Positions 8,689 through 19,360 of a DNA stretch of 64,000 nt are shown here, piece after piece. The notes beneath the pieces are model-generated. The model was not told the DNA's origin. It saw only the letters and a program-made list of their open reading frames with translations, and searched no databases. The translations under genes and the position numbers were made by a program. This stretch comes from Myxococcota bacterium. Lineage in GTDB: Bacteria > Myxococcota_A > UBA9160 > JAFDDA01. How positions within the stretch are numbered: the stretch's first letter is position 1; the number at the start of each line of letters is the position of its first letter. The stretch is from the NCBI GenBank assembly GCA_965228475.1, contig OZ245817.1:4942158-5006157 (forward strand), given 5' to 3'.

Positions 8689-9333
8689 GTGGCCATCGAA
8701 CTCCTCTGCCGCAAGGTCGGCATGACCCAGATCTACGACGAGCAGGGAAATTGCATCCCGGTGACCGTGCTCGACGCCGCCGACAACCAGGTCGTCCAGA
8801 AGAAGACGGTCGAGACCGACGGCTACAGCGCCGTCCAGCTCGGCGGTGCCGGCTCGCGGCCGAACCGCGTCGTCGCCAAGGGCGAGCTCGGCCACTTCGA
8901 GAAGGCCGGCGTCGCGCCCACGCGCGCCGTCGTCGAGAGCCGCCTGACCGAGGAGGAGGTCGCCGGCTACGAAACCGGGCAGGCGATCGCCGCGCCGGAC
9001 CTCTTCGAGAAGGGCCAGCGCGTCGACGTGATCGGCACCTCGAAGGGCCGCGGCACCGCGGGCGTCGTGAAGCGCCACAACTTCGCGGTGAAGCGCCGCA
9101 CCCACGGTACCCACGAATACTTCCGCCACGGCGGTGCCATCGGCGCCGGCGCGTACCCCGGCAAGGTCATCAAGGGCATCGGCATGCCCGGCCGCTACGG
9201 GAACGAGCGCGTCACCGTGCGGAACCTCGAAGTCGTCGAGATCGACGGCGACAAGAGCCTGCTCTTCGTGCGCGGCGCCGTGCCGGGCCACCGCAACGCG
9301 GTGGTGCGGGTGCGCAAGGCCCTCGCGGGCTAG
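8689..9333 (+). CDS. rplC: 50S ribosomal protein L3
   Basis: GTG start after GGAG; RKVGMTQIYD..CIPVTV, VDVIGTSKGRG, HGTHEYFRHGGAIG, MPGRYG, VRGAVPG. Confidence 0.96.
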   Translation: MAIELLCRKVGMTQIYDEQGNCIPVTVLDAADNQVVQKKTVETDGYSAVQLGGAGSRPNRVVAKGELGHFEKAGVAPTRAVVESRLTEEEVAGYETGQAIAAPDLFEKGQRVDVIGTSKGRGTAGVVKRHNFAVKRRTHGTHEYFRHGGAIGAGAYPGKVIKGIGMPGRYGNERVTVRNLEVVEIDGDKSLLFVRGAVPGHRNAVVRVRKALAG

Positions 9334-9351
9334 CGCCGCTCCGGCCCCGCC

Positions 9352-9948
9352 ACGGCCTACGACCGCAAGGACGCCTACCACCAGCGCGCGAAGCGCGAAG
9401 GCTTCCGCTCGCGCGCGGCCTACAAGCTGCAGGAGATCCAGAAGGCCCAGCGCGTGCTCGCGCGCGGGAACCGCGCGGTCGACCTCGGCTGCTGGCCGGG
9501 CGGCTGGCTCCAGGTCGCGTCGCAGCTCGTCGGCCCGAAGGGCCGCGTCGTCGGCATCGACAAGGCCGAGATCGACCCGCCGCTCGGGCTCGAGAACGTC
9601 ACCGCCCTCACGGGCGACCTCGAAGAGCCCGAAACCGCCGCCACCCTGCTCGACGCCCTCGGCGGCCCCGCCGACGTGCTCCTCTCCGACGCCGCCCCGA
9701 AGCTCACCGGCATCCGCGACACCGACCGCGCCAACGAAGAGCGCCTGCTCGAGGCGATCGAAACCCTCGTCCCGGCGCTCCTGCGCCCGGGCGGCAGCCT
9801 GCTCGTGAAGATCCTCGAAGGTCCGGAAGCCCAGGCCATCGACAAACGCATCCGGCGCGGCTTCGACCAGGCCCGCACCGTGAAGCCCAAGGCCAGCCGC
9901 AAGGGAACGACCGAGCGCTATCTGCTGGCGCGGGGGCGGAAGGCGTAG
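9352..9948 (+). CDS. rlmE: 23S rRNA Um2552 methyltransferase RlmE/FtsJ; non-canonical ACG at the expected start
   Basis: (T/M)AYDRKDAYHQRAKREGFRSRAAYKL, VDLGCWPGGW, LSDAAP, VKILEG, KPKASR..E.Y; the conserved N-terminus lies upstream of the GTG at 9454. Confidence 0.9.
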   Translation, partial: TAYDRKDAYHQRAKREGFRSRAAYKLQEIQKAQRVLARGNRAVDLGCWPGGWLQVASQLVGPKGRVVGIDKAEIDPPLGLENVTALTGDLEEPETAATLLDALGGPADVLLSDAAPKLTGIRDTDRANEERLLEAIETLVPALLRPGGSLLVKILEGPEAQAIDKRIRRGFDQARTVKPKASRKGTTERYLLARGRKA

Positions 9949-10062
9949 GGCGCTTTCCGCCGGGGACGAGTGTGGGGTTCCGCCCATGTCCTCTGAGTGA
10001 CTTATCGACCGCGCTCGATCACACTAGGATGCTTCGTGTGCTTCGGAACATGGGGGAATGCC

Positions 10063-13029
10063 ATGCGTCATCTCGGGTCAGCGAACTGTCAACGTGCGAG
10101 CCGGAGCCGCCGCCGCGTTCGCTCCGCCCTTTCCTGGTGCGCCGCGTCGATCGCTGCGAGCGCCGTGCTGCTTTCCGGCGCAGGCGATTCTCGAGCGCAG
10201 GCCGCTCCCGGCGGACCCACGCTCTACGGGGACGCCCACGCCGGCGCACATCCTGGACCCCATCCGCACGACGCGTTGAAGCGCTCCGAGCATCATGCGC
10301 TCATGGATCTGGTGGCTTCCGAAAAAGCCACCGCGGTGGCAAGCCGTAGCGGCGCATGGACCGATGAAGCGACGTGGAAGCAGGGCCGCGTTCCGAGCCA
10401 CGATGCGAGGGTCTGGATTCCGGCCGGACACGAGGTCACGCTCGCCGAGCAGGTCGACGATCGTTCCTTCGACTGGATCCGCATCGATGGAGCGCTGAAG
10501 TTCCTTCCCGACCGCGACACGCGGCTGCGGGTCGGCACGCTGGTGGTCGGTGAGCCGGGGCGGCTCGAGATGGGCACACCGGAACGCCCCATCCGCGAGG
10601 ACCGCAGCGCCGAGCTGATCTTCGCGGACCGTGGGCCTCGCGATCGCGGCGAGGACCCGAAAGACATCGGACGTGGCCTCGTCTGCCACGGCGCGCTCGC
10701 GGTCCACGGGAGCCCGAGATCCGCCCATGCGATCGCAGAACACGCGCTCGTTGCCGGGCTTTCGCGGCTGTCCTTTGCCGAGCCGCCGGCGCACTGGCGC
10801 CCGGGCGATCGACTCGTGTTTCCCGGAAGCGATCTCCAGGCCGACCGCGACGAGCTGCGCGAGATCACGGCGGTCTCGAGCGACGGGCGCACGATCGAGC
10901 TGGATCGACCGCTCGAGGCGGACCATCCGGCACCGGCGGGGAGCCACGTGCCGGTGGGCAATCTGACGCGGAACGTCGTCTTCCGCTCGGAGAACGCGGC
11001 CGAGCTGGATCGGCGCGGCCATTTCATGGTGATGCACACGCATCACCCGGTCACGATCGACGGCGCTGCCTTCATCGACCTCGGACGCACCGACACCCGG
11101 CGCGCCCACACGATCCCCGACGTCGATCACGAGGGTCGAGTCGTGCCCGGCTCCGATGCGAACACCCAGGGCCGCTACGCACTCCACTTCCACATGCGAT
11201 CCGGCGCGAGCCGCGACCGGCCGCCGCACGTCGTCCGCAACAGCGCGATCGTCGGGAGCCCCAAGCACGGACTCGTGAACCACGGGGGCTACGTCGTCGC
11301 CGACGGCAACGTCGGCTACGCGATCGACGGAAGCCACTTCTTCTCGGAGAACGGCACGGAGATCGGCCGCTTCGCGAACAACCTCGCCGTGCGCTCGCTG
11401 GGCTCGGGCGACACCATCAGCAGCCGCGAGGGCACGCACGACTTCGGCCACCAGGGCCACGGCTTCTGGGCCCAGAGCGCCGGCGTCACCATGGAGGGCA
11501 ACTTCGCCTTCGGCCACGCCGACGCTGCCTTCGCCATCTTCACCCGCACGATCGAAGAGGCCGGCCGTTGGGTGCGGTTCCCGCGTGAGCTGGTGGAGGA
11601 CCCCGCCGTTCATGCTGGACGCGATCACTTCAACCCCGGCGACCTGCCCTTCCGGTTCGTCGGCAACGTGGGCGCTGCTTCGAACAGCGGTCTCGAGGTC
11701 TGGTACAACAAGGTCTACGCGCCCCACGACGTCTACAGCGAGGTGGAGGACTCGACCTTCTGGGCGCTTCGCGAGCACGGCCTCTTCGTTCCCTACGCGC
11801 GAAAGCTCGTCCTCCGCAACGTGCGCGTGCTCGGAGACGTCGCGAGCCCGGTCGGAATCGGCATCCGGGTGAACGACATGACCGACACGCTCCGGATCGA
11901 AGGGGTTCGCATCGAGGGCTTCCACGTCGGCATCGAGGCACCGCCGCGCGGCGACAACCGCATCGCCGACTCGGATCTCAACAACACGATCGACGTATGG
12001 GTGGCGAGCCCGAACCGGAACGGCCGGCGGCTCGAGCTCGTGGACAACCGCCACGGCGTCCTCGCTCCGGACGCCCTTTCGCGCAGCCGGCACGCGTCGG
12101 CCGGTTCGCGTCTCGAGCGGGGACTTCGTGCGGTCGGACTCCTGCCCGTGCCGGAGCAGGCGCGGGTGTGGATCGCGGCGCCGCGCATTCCGCTCAACGG
12201 CGACGTCTCGGTCCTGTTCTCTCCGGACACCGTGATCGAGACGCGCGGGGACGAGACCCAGCAGATCTACTCGCTCGCCCAGCAAGGCGATGCCTTGCCC
12301 TTCCGGGAAACCGGTCACCCGGGCTTCGACTGCCGGACGGTGGCCGAGATCCATGAGGAGTTCGGCCTGGCCGTCGGCGGCGCGCTGGCCCCGGAAACCG
12401 CGCAGCGGGTGGCCGGCGTCCATGGCCTGGTCGGGCCGGTCGGCGGTGGAACGACGGCCGAGCCGCGGAGCCCGAGGACGACGCCGGGGCCCTACGGAGC
12501 CACGTTCAGCGTCCTCGCGCCCGAACCCGGGCGCGAGGAGTGGCTCATCCAGCCGGCCGCGGGGCCCGAAGCACGGCAGGTCGTGATGGCGTTTCACGAC
12601 AGCGTGCCCCCGGTCTTCCATCCGAACGACACCATGCGATTCGAAATCCATCCGGATGACGTGAAGCACGGCTACCGCGTGGATGGCCTGCTGCACGATC
12701 AGGTGGGCGCCATGACCGCCAAGACCGCGTTCTCACACGATTTCCGGAACCTCCACGCCGACAGCGACGGGTTCGTACGGATTCCGATCGTGTTCGAGGA
12801 CGACGCCGGGAATCAGGGGCGGCAGACGATCGAGATCCGGGTCACGGAGACGGCGCAGAGGCGCGGGGCGAACACGACCTATTTCTTGCAGCAGGAGCAC
12901 TGCCCGGGCTGCGGTGAACCGAGCATGGCCGAGCGGCTGCGCTCGCTGACCGACCGGGTCCGGTCGTGGTGGCCGCAATCCGACACCTGCACCGAGCTGC
13001 GAGCGTCGGGTCCGGTCGCGACGAGCTAG
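10063..13029 (+). CDS. Large secreted G8-domain / parallel beta-helix protein
   Basis: Arg-rich signal peptide; SGAWTDEATW..GRVP; LEMGTPERPI; GNLTRNVVFRS; RGHFMVMH; GRYALHFH; GFW motifs typical of G8/CEMIP-like proteins. Confidence 0.8.
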   Translation: MRHLGSANCQRASRSRRRVRSALSWCAASIAASAVLLSGAGDSRAQAAPGGPTLYGDAHAGAHPGPHPHDALKRSEHHALMDLVASEKATAVASRSGAWTDEATWKQGRVPSHDARVWIPAGHEVTLAEQVDDRSFDWIRIDGALKFLPDRDTRLRVGTLVVGEPGRLEMGTPERPIREDRSAELIFADRGPRDRGEDPKDIGRGLVCHGALAVHGSPRSAHAIAEHALVAGLSRLSFAEPPAHWRPGDRLVFPGSDLQADRDELREITAVSSDGRTIELDRPLEADHPAPAGSHVPVGNLTRNVVFRSENAAELDRRGHFMVMHTHHPVTIDGAAFIDLGRTDTRRAHTIPDVDHEGRVVPGSDANTQGRYALHFHMRSGASRDRPPHVVRNSAIVGSPKHGLVNHGGYVVADGNVGYAIDGSHFFSENGTEIGRFANNLAVRSLGSGDTISSREGTHDFGHQGHGFWAQSAGVTMEGNFAFGHADAAFAIFTRTIEEAGRWVRFPRELVEDPAVHAGRDHFNPGDLPFRFVGNVGAASNSGLEVWYNKVYAPHDVYSEVEDSTFWALREHGLFVPYARKLVLRNVRVLGDVASPVGIGIRVNDMTDTLRIEGVRIEGFHVGIEAPPRGDNRIADSDLNNTIDVWVASPNRNGRRLELVDNRHGVLAPDALSRSRHASAGSRLERGLRAVGLLPVPEQARVWIAAPRIPLNGDVSVLFSPDTVIETRGDETQQIYSLAQQGDALPFRETGHPGFDCRTVAEIHEEFGLAVGGALAPETAQRVAGVHGLVGPVGGGTTAEPRSPRTTPGPYGATFSVLAPEPGREEWLIQPAAGPEARQVVMAFHDSVPPVFHPNDTMRFEIHPDDVKHGYRVDGLLHDQVGAMTAKTAFSHDFRNLHADSDGFVRIPIVFEDDAGNQGRQTIEIRVTETAQRRGANTTYFLQQEHCPGCGEPSMAERLRSLTDRVRSWWPQSDTCTELRASGPVATS

Positions 13030-13037
13030 CCCAGGGC

Positions 13038-14402
<1,365 letters not shown>

Positions 14403-14475
14403 CGCGCCGGGAGGTTACCTGGCGGCGGCGGGTCGAGGTACCCTCCGCCGCCCCATCCATCCGAGGAGACCGACC

Positions 14476-14958
14476 GTGTCCGACCGTCCGTTCCGCATCC
14501 TGGGCCTGCAGCAGATCGCCGTCGGAGGCCTCGACAAGGGGCCCCTCCGCAAGCTCTGGATCGAGACCCTGGGTCTCGAATCCCACGGGAGCTACCGCGG
14601 CGAGAAGGAGAACGTCGACGAGGACATCGCCGTCTGCGGCGCCGGGGCCTTCCAGGTGGAGGTCGATCTGATGCAGCCGATCGATCCGGAGAAGCGGCCG
14701 AAGGTCCAGGACCCGGCGCTGAACCACGTCGGCCTGTGGGTGGACGATCTCGCCACGGCCGTCGAGTGGCTGGCCGGCCAGGGCATGCGCTTCACCCCGG
14801 GCGGCATCCGCAAGGGCGCCGCGGGCCACGACGTGACCTTCATCCACCCGAAGGGGAACGAGGAGTTCCCGCTCTGCGGCGAGGGCGTGCTGATCGAGCT
14901 GGTCCAGGCGCCGGCCGAGGTCATCGCCGCCCACGACCGCGAAGCCGCCGCGAGCTAG
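14476..14958 (+). CDS. VOC/glyoxalase family protein (lactoylglutathione lyase / methylmalonyl-CoA epimerase-like)
   Basis: [37 protein letters not shown]. Confidence 0.85.
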   Translation: MSDRPFRILGLQQIAVGGLDKGPLRKLWIETLGLESHGSYRGEKENVDEDIAVCGAGAFQVEVDLMQPIDPEKRPKVQDPALNHVGLWVDDLATAVEWLAGQGMRFTPGGIRKGAAGHDVTFIHPKGNEEFPLCGEGVLIELVQAPAEVIAAHDREAAAS

Positions 14959-14961
14959 GCC

Positions 14962-15606
14962 GTGGCGCGCACCGTCGGGATCCTGCTCTTTCCGGACGCG
15001 GAGGAGCTCGATTGGGCCGGGCCCTACGAGGTCTTCGGCATGGCGGCGGACCTCGCCGCCGACCGCGATTCCCAGCCCGGGCCGATCGCCGACGAGACCC
15101 GCGCCGGGGACGATCTCCGCCTCGTCACGATCGCCCAGACCAAGGACCCCGTGCGCTGCCGCAAGGCCCTGCGCGTGCTGCCGGACCATTCCTTCGCCGA
15201 CGCCCCGAAGCTCGACGTCGTGCTGGTCCCCGGCGGCCAGGGCACGCGCACCGAGGTGAACAACCCCGTTCTGATCGAGTGGCTCCGCACGGTGGGCGCC
15301 GGCTGCGAATGGGTGACGAGCGTCTGCACTGGTGCCCTGCTCCTCCACGAGGCCGGCTTCGCCCGGGGCAAGCGCGTCACCACCCACTGGGCCTTCGTCG
15401 AGCAGCTCGCGGCCCGGGGCGACGTCGAGGTGCTGAAGCGGCGGCGCTACGTGCGCGACGGAAACCTCGTCACCGCGGCCGGCGTTTCGGCAGGAACGGA
15501 CATGGCGCTCTGGCTCCTCGGCCAGCTCTACACGCCGGACTTCGCCCGCATGGTGCAACGCGCCATGGAGTACGACCCCGCGCCCCCTTACACTGCAGAG
15601 ACCTGA
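14962..15606 (+). CDS. DJ-1/PfpI family protein
   Basis: EELDWAGPYEVF, VPGGQG, SVCTGA nucleophile elbow, TAAGVSAG, MEYDPAPP. Confidence 0.9.
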   Translation: MARTVGILLFPDAEELDWAGPYEVFGMAADLAADRDSQPGPIADETRAGDDLRLVTIAQTKDPVRCRKALRVLPDHSFADAPKLDVVLVPGGQGTRTEVNNPVLIEWLRTVGAGCEWVTSVCTGALLLHEAGFARGKRVTTHWAFVEQLAARGDVEVLKRRRYVRDGNLVTAAGVSAGTDMALWLLGQLYTPDFARMVQRAMEYDPAPPYTAET

Positions 15607-15623
15607 ATCACCGAGGAGAGTCC

Positions 15624-16751
15624 GTGGCCAACCCCCTGGTCGACGTGCAGCAGCACGGGCAGAGCATCTGGTACGACAACATCAGCCGCGGGCTCGTGAC
15701 CTCGGGTGAGCTCGCGCGCATGGTCGCCGAAGACGGGCTGCTCGGCGTGACGTCGAACCCGGCGATCTTCGAGAAGGCGATGGCGGGGAGCGAAGACTAC
15801 CTGCCCGCGACGCGCGCGCTGATCGCGAGCGGCATCGAAGACGCGACGGAGATCTTCGAGCGGCTCGCCGTCGAAGACATCCAGCTCGCCGCCGACGTGC
15901 TCGCCCCCGCCTACGAGCGCACCGGAAAGCGCGACGGCTACGTGAGCCTCGAGGTCTCGCCGCACCTCGCGAACGATACGGAGGGGACGCTCGCGGACGC
16001 ACGGCGCCTGTGGGCCGCGGTCGGGCGGCCGAACCTGATGATCAAGGTCCCGGCCACGCCGGCCGGAGTTCCGGCGATCGAAGCGCTCATCGCCGAGGGC
16101 GTGAACGTGAACGTCACCCTGCTCTTCGCCGTCGACGCCTACGCGGACGTGGCGGAGGCCTACCTGCGCGGGCTCGAGCGGCGCGCGGAAGCGGGCGGCG
16201 CGCTCGATCACGTGGCGAGCGTGGCGAGCTTCTTCGTCTCGCGCATCGACAGCCTGCTCGACGGCCAGATCGCCGAGAGCGGGAAGCCCGAGATCGCGGA
16301 TCTCTCCGGCCGCATCGCCATCGCCAACGCGCGGCTCGCCTACGCCCACTACAACGGGGTCATCGCGAGCGAGCGCTGGCAGGCCCTGGCCGCGAAGGGC
16401 GCCCAGGTGCAGCGCGTGCTCTGGGCGAGCACGAGCACGAAGAACCCGGACTACCCGACCACGCTCTACGTCGACGAGCTCGTCGGGCCGGACACCGTGA
16501 ACACGCTCCCCGGTGAGACCTTCGAGGCCTTCGCCAAGGAGGGCACCGCGGCGAACGTGCTCGGCAGCGGCTTCGATGCCCAGCTCGCGGAAGCGCGCGG
16601 GCAGATCGCGCGGCTCGAAGCGGCGGGCATCTCCCTCGAAGGCGCCACGACCCATCTCCTCGAAGAGGGCGTGCGCAAGTTCGTCGAGCCCTTCGATTCG
16701 CTGCTCGCCACGATCGAGCGGCGCAAGCAGGAGATCCTGGCCTCCTCATGA
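15624..16751 (+). CDS. tal: Transaldolase
   Basis: GQSIWYDNISR, GVTSNPAIF, VSLEVSP, NLMIKVP, VASFFVSRID, LWASTSTKNP. Confidence 0.95.
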   Translation: MANPLVDVQQHGQSIWYDNISRGLVTSGELARMVAEDGLLGVTSNPAIFEKAMAGSEDYLPATRALIASGIEDATEIFERLAVEDIQLAADVLAPAYERTGKRDGYVSLEVSPHLANDTEGTLADARRLWAAVGRPNLMIKVPATPAGVPAIEALIAEGVNVNVTLLFAVDAYADVAEAYLRGLERRAEAGGALDHVASVASFFVSRIDSLLDGQIAESGKPEIADLSGRIAIANARLAYAHYNGVIASERWQALAAKGAQVQRVLWASTSTKNPDYPTTLYVDELVGPDTVNTLPGETFEAFAKEGTAANVLGSGFDAQLAEARGQIARLEAAGISLEGATTHLLEEGVRKFVEPFDSLLATIERRKQEILASS

Positions 16752-17410
16752 GCGCGGCGGAGAAGGCGCTCGAGTTCGTCGAAGACGGGAACGTGGTCGG
16801 TCTCGGGACGGGCCGCGCCGCCGCCGCCTTCGTGCGCGCCCTCGCCATCCGCATGAAGGAAGGGGGGCTCTCGGTGCGCGGCGTTCCGACGTCGCACGCC
16901 ACCGAGGAGCTCGCGAAGGAGCTCGGCATTCCGCTCGTGGCCATGGAGGAGGTCGAGGAGATCGACGTGACCTTCGACGGCGCCGACGAGGTCGACCCGG
17001 CCCTCGACGTCATCAAGGGCTACGGCGGCGCGCTCGTGCGCGAGAAGATCGTCGCCGCCGCCTCGCGCAAGCTCGTGATCCTGGTCGGCCACGAGAAGCT
17101 CGTCTCGCGCCTCGGCCAGCGCGGGAAGCTCCCGGTCGAGATCGTGCCCTTCGCCGCGGCCTTCTGCCGCCGCCGCTTCAAGACCCTCGGCTTCGAGGCC
17201 GCGCTTCGCCCGGACGATTCCGGCCAGCCGCTCGTGAGCGACAACGGCAACTGGATCCTCGACTGCGAGGTCGAGCGCATCCCGAACCCCGCCCAGCTCG
17301 ATGCGGCGCTGCTCGGCATCCCCGGCGTGATCGGGACGGGCCTGTTCGCCGACATGGCTGACGCCGTCATCGTCCAGGACGGCGACCGCATCGAGGTACG
17401 CGAGCGCTAG
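16748..17410 (+). CDS. rpiA: Ribose-5-phosphate isomerase A
   Basis: GLGTG, DGADEVD, IKGYGGALVREKIV, DNGNWILD. Confidence 0.95.
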   Translation: MSAAEKALEFVEDGNVVGLGTGRAAAAFVRALAIRMKEGGLSVRGVPTSHATEELAKELGIPLVAMEEVEEIDVTFDGADEVDPALDVIKGYGGALVREKIVAAASRKLVILVGHEKLVSRLGQRGKLPVEIVPFAAAFCRRRFKTLGFEAALRPDDSGQPLVSDNGNWILDCEVERIPNPAQLDAALLGIPGVIGTGLFADMADAVIVQDGDRIEVRER

Positions 17411-17477
17411 GGCGGCCCGCCCCGCATCGTCCCGCCCAGCTGCCCAGCTGCCGGGCCTCCCGTGATAGGCTCGGACC

Positions 17478-19292
17478 ATGTTCGAAGGCATCCGATTCCT
17501 CGCGCGGGCGCTTCCGCACCTGCCGCGTTTCGCGAGCTACAAGCCGACGGGGAAGGACTGCGTCCCCCAGCTCCTCGAGGAGCGGGCCGAGGAGTTCGGC
17601 GACCGGCCCTTCCTCCATTTCGGCGAGCGGACGGTCTCGTACCGTGAGCACAACGCGGCGGCCAACCGGGTCGCCCACTGGGCCCACGAGCAGGGGCTTC
17701 GCCGCGGCGATTCCGTCGCGCTGCTCATGGAGAACCGGCCCGAGTATCTCGCCACGTGGATGGGGCTCTCGAAGCTCGGTGTGGTGACGGCGCTGATCAA
17801 CACGAACCTCACCGGGAAGACGCTCCGCCACGCGCTCGCGACCTCGAAGGCGGCGCACCTGATCCTCGGTGCCGAATGCGCCGACCGCTTCGCCACCACC
17901 GCCGACGATCTCGAGCGCATCCTCTCCGTCCACGTCTACGAGGATGCGGACCAGCCCGAACTGCCCGACGCCAGCGGCTGGGGGAGCGACTTCGCCGCCG
18001 CCCTCGAGGGCCGGCCCGACGCGAACCCCCCGGCCTCCTGGCGCGAAGGCCTCGTCTCGGGCGACGACCTCCTCTACATCTACACCTCCGGCACCACCGG
18101 GCCGCCGAAGGCCGCGCGCTTCAGCCACCTGCGGTTCTTCTCGACCGGCGATCTCGCCGCCTGGGCCCAGGACATCGCGCCGACGGACGTCCACTACTGC
18201 GCGCTTCCGCTCTACCACACGGCCGGCGGCGTGATGCAGGTCGGCGCGACGCTCTTCGGCGGCGCGAGCCTCGCGCTGCGGCGCCGCTTCAGCGCCAGCG
18301 CGTTCTGGGACGACGTGCGCAAGTACGAAGCGACGCACTTCCAGTACATCGGCGAGTTCTGCCGCTACCTCGTCGCGCAGCCGGAGCGCGCGAACGACCG
18401 CGATCACCGCATCCGCGTCGCCGTCGGCAACGGCCTGCGCCCGGACATCTGGCCGACCTTCCGCGACCGCTTCGCGATCCCGCAGATCCTCGAGTTCTAC
18501 GGCGCGACGGAAGGCAACGTCGCCTTCGTGAACTTCGAGAACAAGGAAGGCTCGGTGGGCCGCTACCCGAGCGCGCTCCTGCGGCGCCTGATGTCGAACG
18601 CGCGCATCGTGCAGTACGACGTCGAGAACGAAACGCACCCGCGCGGCGAGGACGGTTTCCTGATCGAATGCGCCGCCGACGAGCCCGGCGAGCTGATCGG
18701 CCGCATTCCGAAGGACAAGGCCCAGGCCGCCGGGCGCTTCGAGGGCTACACGTCCGAGGACGCCACGGCGAAGAAGATCCTGCGCGACGTCTTCGAGCCC
18801 GGCGATGCGTGGTTCCGTACCGGCGACCTCATGCGCTGCGACGCCCAGGGCTTCCACTACTTCGTCGACCGCATCGGGGACACGTTCCGCTGGAAGGGCG
18901 AGAACGTCTCGACCCAAGAGGTCGCCGAGGTGCTCGCCGGCTTCCCGGGCCTCGACATGATCAACGTCTACGGCGTCGAGGTGCCCGGCGCCGACGGGCG
19001 CGCCGGGATGGTCGCCTTCGTCCCCGTCCCCGGGAGCACCTTCGACCCGGCGGCGTTCAACGACTACGTCGCCGAGCGCCTGCCGGCCTACGCCGTGCCG
19101 GCCTTCGTGCGCGCGCTCCACGACGTCGAGGTCACGGGCACGTTCAAGCTGCGCAAGGTCGAGCTTCGCCGGGAGGGCTTCTCCGAGGCGGTCCGCGACC
19201 CGCTCTGGGTCCGTGACGCCGGGTCCGGCAGCTACGTCCCGTTGACCCCGGAGCGCCGCGCGGAGATCCAGGCCGGCAAGTTCCGGCTCTAA
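17478..19292 (+). CDS. Long-chain acyl-CoA synthetase, FATP/FadD6 type
   Basis: YIYTSGTTGPPKAA, YIGEFCRYL, EFYGATEGN, DRIGDTFRWKGENVST. Confidence 0.92.
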   Translation: MFEGIRFLARALPHLPRFASYKPTGKDCVPQLLEERAEEFGDRPFLHFGERTVSYREHNAAANRVAHWAHEQGLRRGDSVALLMENRPEYLATWMGLSKLGVVTALINTNLTGKTLRHALATSKAAHLILGAECADRFATTADDLERILSVHVYEDADQPELPDASGWGSDFAAALEGRPDANPPASWREGLVSGDDLLYIYTSGTTGPPKAARFSHLRFFSTGDLAAWAQDIAPTDVHYCALPLYHTAGGVMQVGATLFGGASLALRRRFSASAFWDDVRKYEATHFQYIGEFCRYLVAQPERANDRDHRIRVAVGNGLRPDIWPTFRDRFAIPQILEFYGATEGNVAFVNFENKEGSVGRYPSALLRRLMSNARIVQYDVENETHPRGEDGFLIECAADEPGELIGRIPKDKAQAAGRFEGYTSEDATAKKILRDVFEPGDAWFRTGDLMRCDAQGFHYFVDRIGDTFRWKGENVSTQEVAEVLAGFPGLDMINVYGVEVPGADGRAGMVAFVPVPGSTFDPAAFNDYVAERLPAYAVPAFVRALHDVEVTGTFKLRKVELRREGFSEAVRDPLWVRDAGSGSYVPLTPERRAEIQAGKFRL

Positions 19293-19324
19293 CGCGCCCC
19301 CGCGGCTCGAAGCCCGGGCCACCC

Positions 19325-19352
19325 TCAAGCGGGCCTCCTGCGAGGTCGATGA
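19325..19352 (+). promoter_or_regulatory. Putative sigma28 (FliA)-type promoter
   Basis: TCAA-N16-GTCGATGA, ending 8 nt before the ATG at 19361. Confidence 0.35.
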
Positions 19353-19360
19353 CGAAAAGG

